Shown: one piece after another, positions 12,435 to 25,680 of the stretch
Numbering within the stretch: the first letter of the stretch is position 1
How the letters are laid out: every line of letters starts with the position of its first letter
From: Lama glama
Taxonomy: Eukaryota
NCBI GenBank assembly: GCA_028534125.1
Contig: CM052821.1
Span: 56,730,001-56,794,000 of the forward strand
Direction: 5' to 3'
DNA length: 64,000 nucleotides
The notes under the pieces: generated by a model
What the model saw: the letters and a program-made list of their open reading frames with translations, nothing else
Database searches by the model: none
Told to the model about the DNA's origin: nothing
Translations under genes and position numbers: made by a program

Positions 12435-15400
12435 GGCTGGGACCTGGCCAGGAGGCAGGTGGAACATAGGCCACAGCTTGCATCATGGGCATCACCCTGG
12501 GGCACCTGCCCAGCGGCCCAGCCTTGAAGGGGTGGAGGATGGGCAAATGGGCGTCGGCTCCACACCCTTCACTCCTCAGAGACAGCAGAGACAGGGACAG
12601 GGACAGGGACAGGGGAGGCCAAGTTTGGCCTGGGGCCTGGCTACCGGTGGTGCCAAGACCCAGCTCCATAGCCCCCTTCCCAGCTCTGCCCACCCCACGC
12701 TCAGCCCAAGGGCAGTCTGGCCAGTGCCCTCCAGAGCCCTTGAACTTACTGAGGGCAGGGCCAGTCTCGGTGTGCTGGGCAGACGGGCTGCCCTGCTCTG
12801 GTGAGCCTGGGGCCACCAGTGGCCAGGTCAGCTGAAGGGTCCCCACACTGCCTCACTGAGCAGCTCCAGGTCCAGGCAGGCAGCTGGGCCAGTCACCTCT
12901 GCTGGGTCCCTGGTGTCCTGGCAGGTGGGACTTCAAGAGGGCAGACCCTCCACTAAGGCCCTCTGGCCACTGCTCTGCCCAGTTCGCCTCCTGCCCCCGC
13001 TGTGGGCTCCTTCCCACCGGCTCTGCTTCCCTCGGGCCTCACTACACCAAGACCCAGCACTCTTGGCCTGGGTCCACCCCTTAAACAGGGAACGGCCCTT
13101 GGCCAGTTGTGAGGATGCCCCTGTCCCTGCTGCCAGGCCTCCGGGCCTGGACTGGCCTTGGGTTCCGGACCACCCACCCCAGCTCCCTACCTCTCCCCAC
13201 CAGCCCCTGTCCTGGTGACCCCCTGCCCTTGGTTTTCTAGCCTGTGAGCTGGGCAGCACTGCCCAACCCAGGCTGGCAGCTGGGGCCTAGCCAGTTTCCT
13301 GCACCCCGAACCTCCATTTCCCCACCTGTAAATGAAGATCAGGAGGACCGCGTGCCCCACCCCTATGGGCAAGTCCCCACCCCCTGGGGAGCAGGCTCTC
13401 CCCTCTCCTCTGTCTGTCCTCCCCCTGGTCCCCCGCAGAGATGCCAGTAACTGGATCCCGGAGCTGGACCGACAGCCCCCAGGCTGGAGCTAGTCCCTGC
13501 GGCTGCCCCCAGAGCCAGTTCCGGACTGCACACGCTCCGTCAGTTGCCCAGTCTGGCCCAGCCCAGGGCTCTGACCCTTCAGAAGAGGCAGCCCGGGGGC
13601 CAGTGTATGTCAGCACCTACAGGGGGAGAGCATTGGCAGAGGGGTCCCATGCTGCCAGGGTGGGAGAGGTGAGAGAGGGTCACTTGGAGCTGGGAGGCGC
13701 CCACCAGGCACCTCCCGCCCCTGGCACCTGCCCTGCAGCCCCATCTTGTAGCTGCGAGGACTGAGATCCAGAAGCTCTGCCTTCTCTCCACAGTCAAGAG
13801 GGAGCCACGGAGAGGTTCTGAGCAAGGGAGTGGTGTGCTTTGAGCAGAAGGAGGCTCCAGACTGATGCTGCATCAGAGGGAATGGAGAGGTGGAAGGGCC
13901 TGGGGGCTGGACTCGGGGGTCCCGGTGTGGGGCAGGAGGGGGATCAGGGCCAGGACAGTAGTGGGGGCCCTGTGTCAGCTCGTTCTCCTGCCTGCTGGGT
14001 GGCTCCAGAGCAGTGGACTCGCCCACCTGGGAGGGACTCCAGGGCCGGGTCGAAACCCCACACTGGCACGTCCCAGAAACCGTGTGTCAGCATCTCCCCT
14101 CCTGCCCAGGCTGCCAGTCAAGCCGCTCAGGGCACACCCAGATAGGGGTGGTGGAGACAGAGGTGGCGGGTGAGGGCCAGAGGGCTGGTGTGGGGCGTGC
14201 CCATGGGGCTGGGGGCTAGGAGAGGAATGGGGCCAGGCTAGCACAGATACAGGGAGAGCAAAGGTGGAGGCCCCCTGGGCTGGCCAGGGATGAGGGCACA
14301 TGCAGCCCCCTATCAGATCCAGCACCAGCAGTGCGGGTGGTGGCTGAAGGCCCCGCTTCACAGCTAGGAAGCCCTGGTCCCAGCCCCACCAGGGGCTGGG
14401 CTGCTGTGCTGTTGACCAAGGAGCTACTAGGGCAGCGTCCCGGGACATACTGGCACAACTCACTTGGGGCCTCTGTCCTGAGCCTGGCCAGACCCTGGGA
14501 GGGCAGGCCCTAAAGAGGCAGAGGGCGCTGGCGCAGGGCCCTGGCAGCGATACACCCCACCCGGCCCATGGTGGGGGGCACGCTCTGCGGCTGGCTGTGA
14601 GGGAGCTGTCCCCCGGGAACCAGGGCCCAGCTGGCAGGAGAGTGACCTGTGTCCTGTACCCTCAGGGCCCAGTGGGGAGGTCAGAGTCGGGGCAGAAGCC
14701 GGCCTGGCCCAGAGCAGCAGGGAGCAGGAGGTGCTGGTGGCTCGGGAAGGAAATTTCCTGGGGGCGGAGAACTGAGTGAGAGCGCAGGCTCCCCCCTGTT
14801 CTCCCCACTGCTCTGTGATGGCGCAGCCGCCTGCCCACTGGCGGCACTGGTGGCCGCCCGCCCCCCGCAGGCAGCCCAGGGACGTGCCCACTGTGAGGGC
14901 GGGGGTGAGGGCAGGCTTCGAGGCGCCCTCCCTGGTGTGCTTCTGCCTGCACTCTCTCACCTTCACCCTCCACTGCTGTCCCCTGCCCTGGTCACCCACC
15001 CTCAGGACTTGGCCTCCTGCACGGCCGTGTCCACCTCCGTATGCAGCCTGGCCTCCTCCCGGTCTTCCTAGGGAGTGGCCCCCCCAGCTGCTCCGAGGAG
15101 AAATGGCTCTGACCCTGGAGTGAGGCACTCATGCCCGCAGTGGGCAAGGCCCACAGGGGTTTGTGAGGTCCTGTCCCCAACCCCACTGTGGGGTGTGGGT
15201 AGGGCAGGCGAGATGGCCTCTTCTGGGCATCTGGACAGTGGGAAGGTTGGCCAGATCCCGGGTCTCCAGCCATTGGCCACACCCAGGTGCAGCTTCCTGA
15301 TCTCCATTCTCCAGTGGGTGGGAAGGCTTCACCTTCACCCCCTGGGGAGGAGGGTACCCATGCTGCAAGCCAGGAGGCTGCCTGGTGGTGGTGTCTGACC

Positions 15401-17979
15401 AGGCTTGGGAGGAGAGAGAAGGCAGTACCAGAGGGGCACAGGCACGGAGGGACAGCTGCATGAATGTGTCTATCGCGTGTGTCTGCACGCCACCTACCCA
15501 GTCTGCACGGGCCAGCTGGCTGCGTGCGCGCACACCTGTGTGCTCACCTGTGAACAGGTGTGTTGCTGCCTGGGCTCTGACCCCAGCTGACTAGCCGCTG
15601 GGGCTCCTCCTGGCCAGTTGGGCCCCTCCTCACTCCTGGGCCCTGGAACATCCACGGCACCACCGCCTCTTCCAGGAAGCTGGTGGGAGTGAGCAAGGGG
15701 CATTTAGGGAGGAGCTGGGCAAGAGTCAGGGGTGTCCCCTCGACAGAGGCCCATTCAGCTTCTAGGCTGGCAGGGGCCTCTCCCCACCGCCTACCCCCTC
15801 TCCCTCTGCGGCCTGTCACTTCCTGGGAATAAGGAAAGGGCCCTGAGGCTGGAAACAAGCCACTTCTACTGAACTGCATGCTCTCCCCAGGTCACTCAGG
15901 GCCTGGGGGTCAGAGCGCAGGGGGAGCCCTGGGCAGAGACAGGGTCAGGGCAGGGCTCCCCTGGGACCTCGGTGGGCCCTTGGACTCCCCCAGCCCTTGT
16001 TAGGGCCTACACTCAGGGTGCTGGCCCAGAGCTGCAGCAGCCGCAGCTGGCCCTGAATCCCTCCTCCTGTAGCTGCTCTGACGCCTCCCACCCCCCAGGA
16101 CACTGTGAGCCAGGACGGGGTGTCGCCTGACTCCGCTCTTCCTCCCTCACGGGACTGGCCAGCAACAACTGGGTACTGACATCCTCCAATGGGCACCGTT
16201 CTGCGCCTGCTGCGTCCTGGAACCTGCATGCCCAGGTGCCTCTCAGTGCCCCTCGCAGGCTGGCCCTGGGGAGGCTCCTGGGAGCCAGACCTGGTCTTTC
16301 CAGCAAAAGCCACAGCGAGGAGAGTCTGGAAAGCAACACGGGCTGGAGGGGAGCCCGGCCTCCCAGGCTCATGCGGCAGGCTTGCCCCTGCCCTGGCCTG
16401 GCTCCACATCCACCAGGGTCCAGCCCCTCCCGCAGGCCTGGGTCCACTCCCGGCAGGCACGGATGGAGAGGGTAGGCTGAGGCGCAGGTCCAGGGAGCTT
16501 CATGCACCGCATGTGCCTCCAGGGTAGGAGCGCCATGAAGACCGCCCTCACCGGTGCAGTTCCTGCCCTTCTCCCAGCGGCAGAAGTTGGGGCCATGTTA
16601 TGTCTTCCTTGGGACTCGCGGAACCCCCCACCCCGATGCCAGGTGTAGGGGCTCTCTCCCAGCTCTCTGATTCTGAATCATTAAAGAAGGCGACCCACGG
16701 GGACTGAGGCACCCAGGCTCTTGGGCTCTAAGCTGCGTGGGTGCTGCCTGGGGCTGGCAGGGAGGGGCCAGGTCGAGCCTGACCTGAAACCATCATGTGT
16801 TCCGCCCTGCTTGTTTCCAAGCCTGATCTGTTCTTGGGCAGGGCTCATGTCCTGGCAGCAGCACTCTCCTACCTGCCTGGCCAGGCCAGTTGCCACCCAC
16901 AGGCTGGTCCTTCCTCTGAGGCCCCCGCATCCCTCTCCTCATTCCCCCACCGGCCACTGCTCTCCCTGTGACGTGGTGTGAAAGCAATGCCTGCCAAGGG
17001 TGGAGCGGGGTGCCTGAGCGTGCCGAGCACAGGGCGGGTGTGCAGCAGGTGCCCGCTGAGTGCGTGTCCCCAAGGCCATCACTGTGTCCTGACCCATGTG
17101 ACCAGGCCCCGCAGTCGGCTCTGGAGATCCTGGCGGTGCGTCTGTAGGGACAGTTCCTCCAGGGCCTGAGTGTGGTCTGAGCCCAGCCCAGACCAGCCCT
17201 GGGATGAATGAAACCCTCCCAAGACGCCATCCCCGCCGCAGGCCCTGGGCCCCCAGGTCCCCGAGGCTCCTCGGACTCAGGTCAGCAGTCCCTTCCCCTC
17301 TGCGGGGGCCTTGTGACTGGCTCCAAACTGCAAGCTCCGCCCCGCAACCCTTGACCTGCTGTGGTTCCCACCTGGCTGAGTGTCCCCCATGCCCTCCCCA
17401 TTCTGGTTCATCCTCAGAGACTCAGCTGGACTGGGCCTCCTCCTACAGGAAGCCCCCACATGGGACCCACTGCCTGCCTGGCTCCTGGACCCAGCCCATG
17501 GGAGCCGCATGCAAATCAAAGGCAAACACAGGCAGGCTGCCCCAGCTTCCTCTTCGGGATCCCCCTCCGAGGCCCTTTCTGTGTCTCATCCTTGTCTGCA
17601 GCCTGGGGGCTGGAGCAGAGGGGTGGGGAGCCTGTCCAGCCTAAGCACCAAATGCAGACCGCTTGATTCTCCCTGGCCGGGGTCTTAGAGGCTGCACCTG
17701 CTCCTGGGGTCGGGGCACAGGGCTCCTGCGAGGGCAGCCCTGCCGCCCACAGCCCCAGGTGGACTAAGCCTCTGGGGTGAGCCGGAGGCGCACATGGGGC
17801 AGCCCTCACCCAGTCCTGTCCAGGCGTGGCTCCTTGACCTTGAGGGTCTTGGTGCAGAGAAGGTGGAGCTGCTGGAGTCTGCTGGGCCCCACCCCCAGCA
17901 CCCTCATCCCAGGAAGCCCCTGGACTTGACCTTTGAAATCTGGGGTCTATGCCCACAACACAGCTAGAGCCTCCACAGC

Positions 17980-18190
17980 CACATCTATTAGGCACCTACT
18001 GTGTGCCCTGAGAAGCATCTCACAGACATCTAATTGGATCCTCTCCCTGGTCCTGCACAGAGGTGATCAGAGTCCCCATGACGGGGAGACCCAGGCAGGG
18101 GGTAGGGTGAGATGTGTGAGACCCCAAGAAAGTGGCCAGGGAGCTGGTCCAGTGCAAAGGCTGTGCCTGCTGTACAGTGGCGGCCTGGCC
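17980..18190 (-). mobile_element. MIR-like SINE remnant
   Basis: atctattaggcacctactgtgtgcc...ccccatgacggggagacccaggcag. Confidence 0.45.
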
Positions 18191-21100
18191 CCGGTCCCAG
18201 GCCAAAGCGGCTCAGAGGAGAGGGGCCCCGTGGGCCCAGGGCGATCTCCACTGGGTAGCCACTGCACCCACCACTGCCACCCCCAAGGCTGGGTTGGGAG
18301 TTCCAGCCCAGCTGCCTTTGGGTTCGGGGCACTGGGAACCCAGCCTCGCTCTGAATTAGGCCTGGGTGCATCCACAGTGTCACCTCTGGTTTTCCAGGGC
18401 TCCCGGGCCAAGAGTCCAGGTGTCTGCGGCCAGTCCGCAGACGGCTCATAGGCTGAATTCTCTACAGGGGCAGCAGGTGGGGTGCCAAGAGAGAACGTGC
18501 CCTTGAACTTGGGCCAGCCTGGCCTTGGGTCAGGCCAGCCTGGGGTTTCCTGGGCAGGGAGACCAAGTTCTCCCAGGCCTCCGCCCACCGGCTCCCACTG
18601 ATTCCCACCCCACCCCAGTCCAGGCCCTATCCGGCTTGCCTTCGGGGAACATTGCAAAACCCTGGCTCAGCAATGCTGGCTCCCCTCCCCAGTAGGTGAG
18701 AGGCCAAGGCGGAGGCGAGGCCTGTGGAGGCCAGAGGGAAGGCCTCGCCCTCCCTCGGCCAGGCAGTGGCCCTATGCAGGGGCTGAGGGGGTACGGGGGT
18801 GCGCATGCCATGCTGCTCGCGAGCCAGACCAGGCTCCCAGAGCCCAGTTTGTGGTCAGGGCAGCGGTGGTGCAGGTAGATAGAAGCTGGGCTCTATCAAG
18901 CCGGGCCACGGGGGCAGGGCAGGGGGCAGGCCCAGGTGGGCCAGGGGTTCCTGCAGTGGGAATGGAGGCCAGATGGGGCTCGGGCGGATGGCTGTGACTG
19001 TGGAGCGAGTCACTGGGACTGACCCTGGTGGCCCAGGGCAGCCCTGGAGGATGGGAGGCGTGGCAAGGTGGTAAGCTGATGATGGCTGAGGGAGCACAGA
19101 GAGGGGCCGAGGAAAAGGCAGGGAGGCATGGTCTTGGTTGAGGTACCTGGAGAGGGTCAGGGCGGGCAAGATGAGCAAACCCGTGGGACCTCCAGGGGCA
19201 GCTGGAAGGGGGCCAACTGAGGAAGCCTTGGTTGTTGATATGGGGCTGAGGTGAACAAGGGGGATGAGGGCCGGTCCCCCGAGCTCCCTGGCTGGGATGC
19301 CCCAGCTCTGTGGCATGTTTATAAGTGTGTGATGCTCTGCATGTGTGCGTGTGTGTGTGTGTAGTGAGGGGACAGTGCGAGTGGAGGTCCAGGCTATCTG
19401 TCCTTTACCCACCCCTCCCTCCCTAATCTGAGGACAGCCTGGCTCCAGTCACCATGACAACAGTGCACCCCTTCTGCTGGGTGCCGGAAAGTGACCTAGT
19501 GGTGCTGGCTGTGCTGGGCCCAGGTGGACTGTTTCCAGGGCGAAGGGAGGGGGTGTGCCCCCTCTGGTAGGATCCAAGCTGCTCTCCCCACTCAGGAAAC
19601 ACATGCCTTGAGAGAATGGGGACTTGAAGAGGCACCTAGCCCTGGTCTGAGGGTGTCCCGCTCAGCAGGATGGCCAAGTAGGTGGAGGTGCTCACCCCGC
19701 GCTGGCCCCAGCCTCCGGCACACTTGGTGGGGTGGGAGGGCAAGAGACAGGGCCTGGCTCTCTGCAGTCAGTGAGGCAGCCCTGCGCCTCAGCCCCAGCC
19801 GAGCCCTCCTGCTGGTGGCCTCTCCGTCCCGGAGAGGCCCCTGCTCTGCTGTTCGGGAAGTTGCTGACCTGGGTCTGGCCTGCCTGTGGGGCTCAGAGCT
19901 ATTTTTAAGGCCCACCGGATGGGCCTTCCAGGAACCAGGAAAAAACAGGCAAGGCTTGGCCTCCTGCACTGCTGGGGATGTGGCTGGAGTCAGGGGTGTG
20001 GACCAGACCTGCAGGGAAGGGGTGGCCTGGGGTCACTTACCAAGGGCCATGCCTAGGGCAGAAGGGCAAAAGGCCTTTGAGTCTCAGGTTTGGATTTGCT
20101 TCCCTGCATGAGGAGGGTGGGGGGCTCCACCGCCAGGAGAACCCCTCAGAGCCTTGGTTTGCCAAGCTGAGAAATGGGCTGAATCACATCTATCTATAGG
20201 GTGGGGACAGGGTGAGGCTTGAATAGAGCTTGAGGAGACATAGACTCCATGTGGTCTCACAAGCAGAGATTCCCAGCCCCCTGCCCCAGCCCACTCTTTG
20301 GGCCAGACTGGGCCTGAAAGAGGCCCCCACTGCAGAAGGACAGCCCCTGGTGAGGGGGTCTGGGTCCCTTCTGACCCTCAGGGAGCTCACAGTCCACGCA
20401 GAACACACACAACACATCTGTAACACACACCAGAGTCTGAGAGAGATGAAGGCCCTGAGGCAATCCCCACCTCAGAAAAGCAGCTGCCTCCTGCTCTGCT
20501 CTCCACACCTGGACAGGCCGGGGACCCCTCCCCACTCCCAGAGCCCTCTAGAAGCTCAGCCCACCTTCAGGGCTGGCAGTGGAAGGACACTGGCCTCACC
20601 CAGTTCCCAAGGAGACGGCACACTGTTCTGAGGTTGGGGGGGACTCCGGGTCTGGATCAAGACTCTGCAGCTGCTGGGTGCAGGATGCGGGCCTCCCAAG
20701 GCTGACTCCTAAGGCCAGGGAAGGTGGGCACACAGGCCAGGACACCTGGGGAGGACTGGCCTGGAGGGCCACACAGAGGCCTGGGGGGCTGGGAGTCCAC
20801 TGGGGAGGCCACCAGGGACCTCAGCCCCTCTCGGCTGAGTTGGATCTGCCCTAAGAACCACATATTGACACCCAGACCCAGACCACTCTCCAGCACTCCC
20901 ACCCTCCCTAGCCCCTAGACGGGCTGTAGGTCCAGGAATCCAAGGAGGAAGGCTCTGAGGACCATCCACTGGTCTTCCGGAAGACCCCACAAGAGAGCAG
21001 TGGTCCCTGGATTCCACCAAAGGGGCCGGCATCCTACCTTGGATCTGACCCTGAGGCGCCTGTCCTGGCCTGGGGCCCATGGTTAACCCTCAGCCCTAGC

Positions 21101-22823
21101 CGTGGCTCATGGGCCCATACACAGGAGAGTGGTGGACAGAGCGCCAGGAAGACAAGAACCTTAGAGCTGTACAATGGAGGGTTTGCTCTCTGCCCTGGGA
21201 CAGGGATGGTGGCAGGAAGGGCTGTGACCTGGTGGAGGCTGGGTGTGCTGAGGAAGTCAGCAGGCTGACTAGAGCCCCTGAGGCAATGCTTGGATGAGGT
21301 CACACCTGAAGGTGACCCCAGATGGGCCCAGGGACGTGGCTGCAAAGGTCAGATCCCATTCTGGCCCCCAGAGATGACAGGGAGCACCTGCAACGCCAGA
21401 AAGACCAGCACCTTGGCCTCCTGGCTCCTCCAACCCTCAACCCTCTCTGGGATGGCTGTGGGAAGCAATGAATGTCTTGGGTTCAGCCACTGGGGCTAGC
21501 AGACGGCTGCTCACTTGAGTCCTTAATTGTTTAGGCCAGTGACCTTGGGCTGAGGTCGGCAAGCAACCAGAGGTGTTAGATGAGTCTGTGCAGTACAGAA
21601 CGCAGAGGACAGGATCAGGTCCACAGCAAGGTCATGAAGACCTGGGTTGGCTCGGGCCCTAGCAGTGACGGTCAAGGTGGGCTCCCAAGTAGAGGCGTAC
21701 AGCAGCTGGGCATGGAGGACAGCTGGGTGAGTGGAGAGTAGGCGAGGGCGCTCTAGCCACGGGGACAGCAGGGCAAAGGTTCCAGGGCGGGAGGCATGGT
21801 CAGGGAGGGCCCTCGGGCTGCGGGCTTGAGGTCAAGCCAGGGTCAGAACCACCGGCTGGGGTGGGCAGGGTGGAGTCCCAACCCACACAGGGGCTGCGTG
21901 TCCTGCGGCTGCCGCCGAGCGGGGACCCCAGGGAGCCGCGCGCCCGCGGCGCCAAGCTACTCGCGCTCGGGGGTGCATGGACTGCCCAGGAGACACGCGC
22001 ACGGCCCGGAGCGGCGGGGCACGTCTTCTACACCCCACCGCTCCCCAGGACACCGCCGCCACGTTCACCAACCGGCTGCTCGCGCCCGACCGGTGTAGCG
22101 GGTGACCTTCTTGCCGCGGCCTGGGGCGGGGTCTGGTAGGCCCCGCCCCTCAAGCGCGCCTCCATTGGCTGGGCCCTGTGCCCTTTGCAAACACCGGCTC
22201 CCATTGGCTCCTGCAGCCCCGCCCTGTACGCCTGAGCCACCGCCCGCGAGGGAGCTGCGCGTGCGCGGGCGCGTGTGTGACCATGGAGGAGAGGTGACGC
22301 GCCACGCTGCGCCGTGCGCCTCCGCCGCTCCGCTCCCGCCAGCTAGTCCCAGGCGGTTTGCCGCGCCCCCCCGCCCACCGGCTCCCGCCCACTACGGAAG
22401 GCGCGCCGGACTCGTCCGGCTGTCTCCTCGGCCGCGCGCGCGGGTTTCAGAGGAGCCCCGAGCCGCGCGACCCCGGCGAAGGGGGCGGGGTCTCGGGTCT
22501 CCCCGCCCGCGCGGAGGGATACGCGCGACCGCGGCCCAAAAACCCCGGGCGAGGCGGCCGGGGCGTGTGAGCGGCTCGGCCTGCTGCGTGTCCTCGCGGT
22601 CTACGCGGGGTTGGCCGGGCACTGTGCCGCGCGGACGGCCTCGCCTGAGCGAGCCCGCGCTCCGAGGCCGGCGCTTCGGGCACGCCCGCCTGCTGTCCGG
22701 ATAGGAGCCCCGTGCGGCCCGGGAAGGCCGCCCTCCCGCGTCCGCGTCCGCGGCCGCGCGGGGAGCCGGGCCGGGCAAGAGGCGGCGCGGAGGCCGGGGG
22801 CCCGCGCCCCGCCGCCGCCCGCG

Positions 22824-24705
<1,882 letters not shown>

Positions 24706-25680
24706 GGCCGGGCCTGCACTTGGCTTGTGGGAACTACAAGAGGGACCGCCAGCCCGAGCCGGGCCCTGCAGCAGCCAGCCTGCCTAGGTAGTCTGCTCCT
24801 GGAGAAAGCAGTGATCTCTGACCCCTGGTGACCTTTGCCTTTGGCACGGGCCTGTTTCCTTTGCTTTGAGTGCCTTTTTGAGCGCTGCTCTCACGGGACT
24901 TGGTTTTCTCAAGCTCTGTCCAAAGACACTCCAGTTCAAGCCAGGTCTCGCCGGCCCAGGGCAGGCGCTTGAGCTGAGGCTGTCCCTGTCCTGTGCTGCT
25001 CTGGGGGCGGTGCTGACACTGACAACGGCCCCGCATCTGACATGTGGGATCAGGGGCACTCCCGCGGCCCGTGGCCTCATCTCACCCGGGCAGGGGCACA
25101 GGGTCCCTCGTGCTCCTCCTACCCTTGTTTTGGTGTTCTGGGCACGTTTGTGCACAAGCAATGCAACGTTCAGGCCTCTGCTGCCTGCCCGCCCGACGTG
25201 CGTGCGCCTACGAACGTCTTATTTATGGTGTGACCCCACGGAGGGCTATTTATTGTTTAACTTATTTGCCGAGGTTCCTCCCTCCCAGCTGCCCCGCCTC
25301 CTCCAAGCCCCTGTGTCCAGAGAGGGGGCGGCTGGCGTGTGGACCCAGGTCTCCAAACCCTGCGTGTCCGTCTTCCGACAGACACGCACAGCAGCTAGTT
25401 TGAGAGGAGCGGCGGCCCCACCGCCTGCGGCCCTGCGCCTGGGGGCGGGCTTAAGTTATTGACTTGTACAGTCTGCTTGTTGGCTCTGGAGGCTGGGGGA
25501 TGGGGGACAGAGTCTCAAGCCTTTAATTTATTTCAGCAGAGGTGTTTTTGTGGTCCCAGTGTGTGAGGGCACTGAGAATAGGGGTTCTTCCAGTTCAGAA
25601 GTGAGATATCTGAAAAATCGTATTTTTTTATACAGGTATTTCAATTAAATTGTTTTGTATTAAACGAATATTCTGTGTTT
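24706..25680 (+). other. PIM3: PIM3 3' UTR with AU-rich elements and miRNA seed sites
   Basis: ATTTA/TTATTTA motifs near 25220, 25250, 25527; GTGCCTT 24870-24876; CAATGCAA 25159-25166; ends at ATTAAA signals. Confidence 0.75.
25644..25664 (+). terminator. PIM3 polyadenylation signals (ATTAAA x2)
   Basis: ATTAAA at 25644-25649 and 25659-25664, in a U-rich context and followed by a GT-rich tract (ttctgtgtttactgtgct). Confidence 0.7.
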
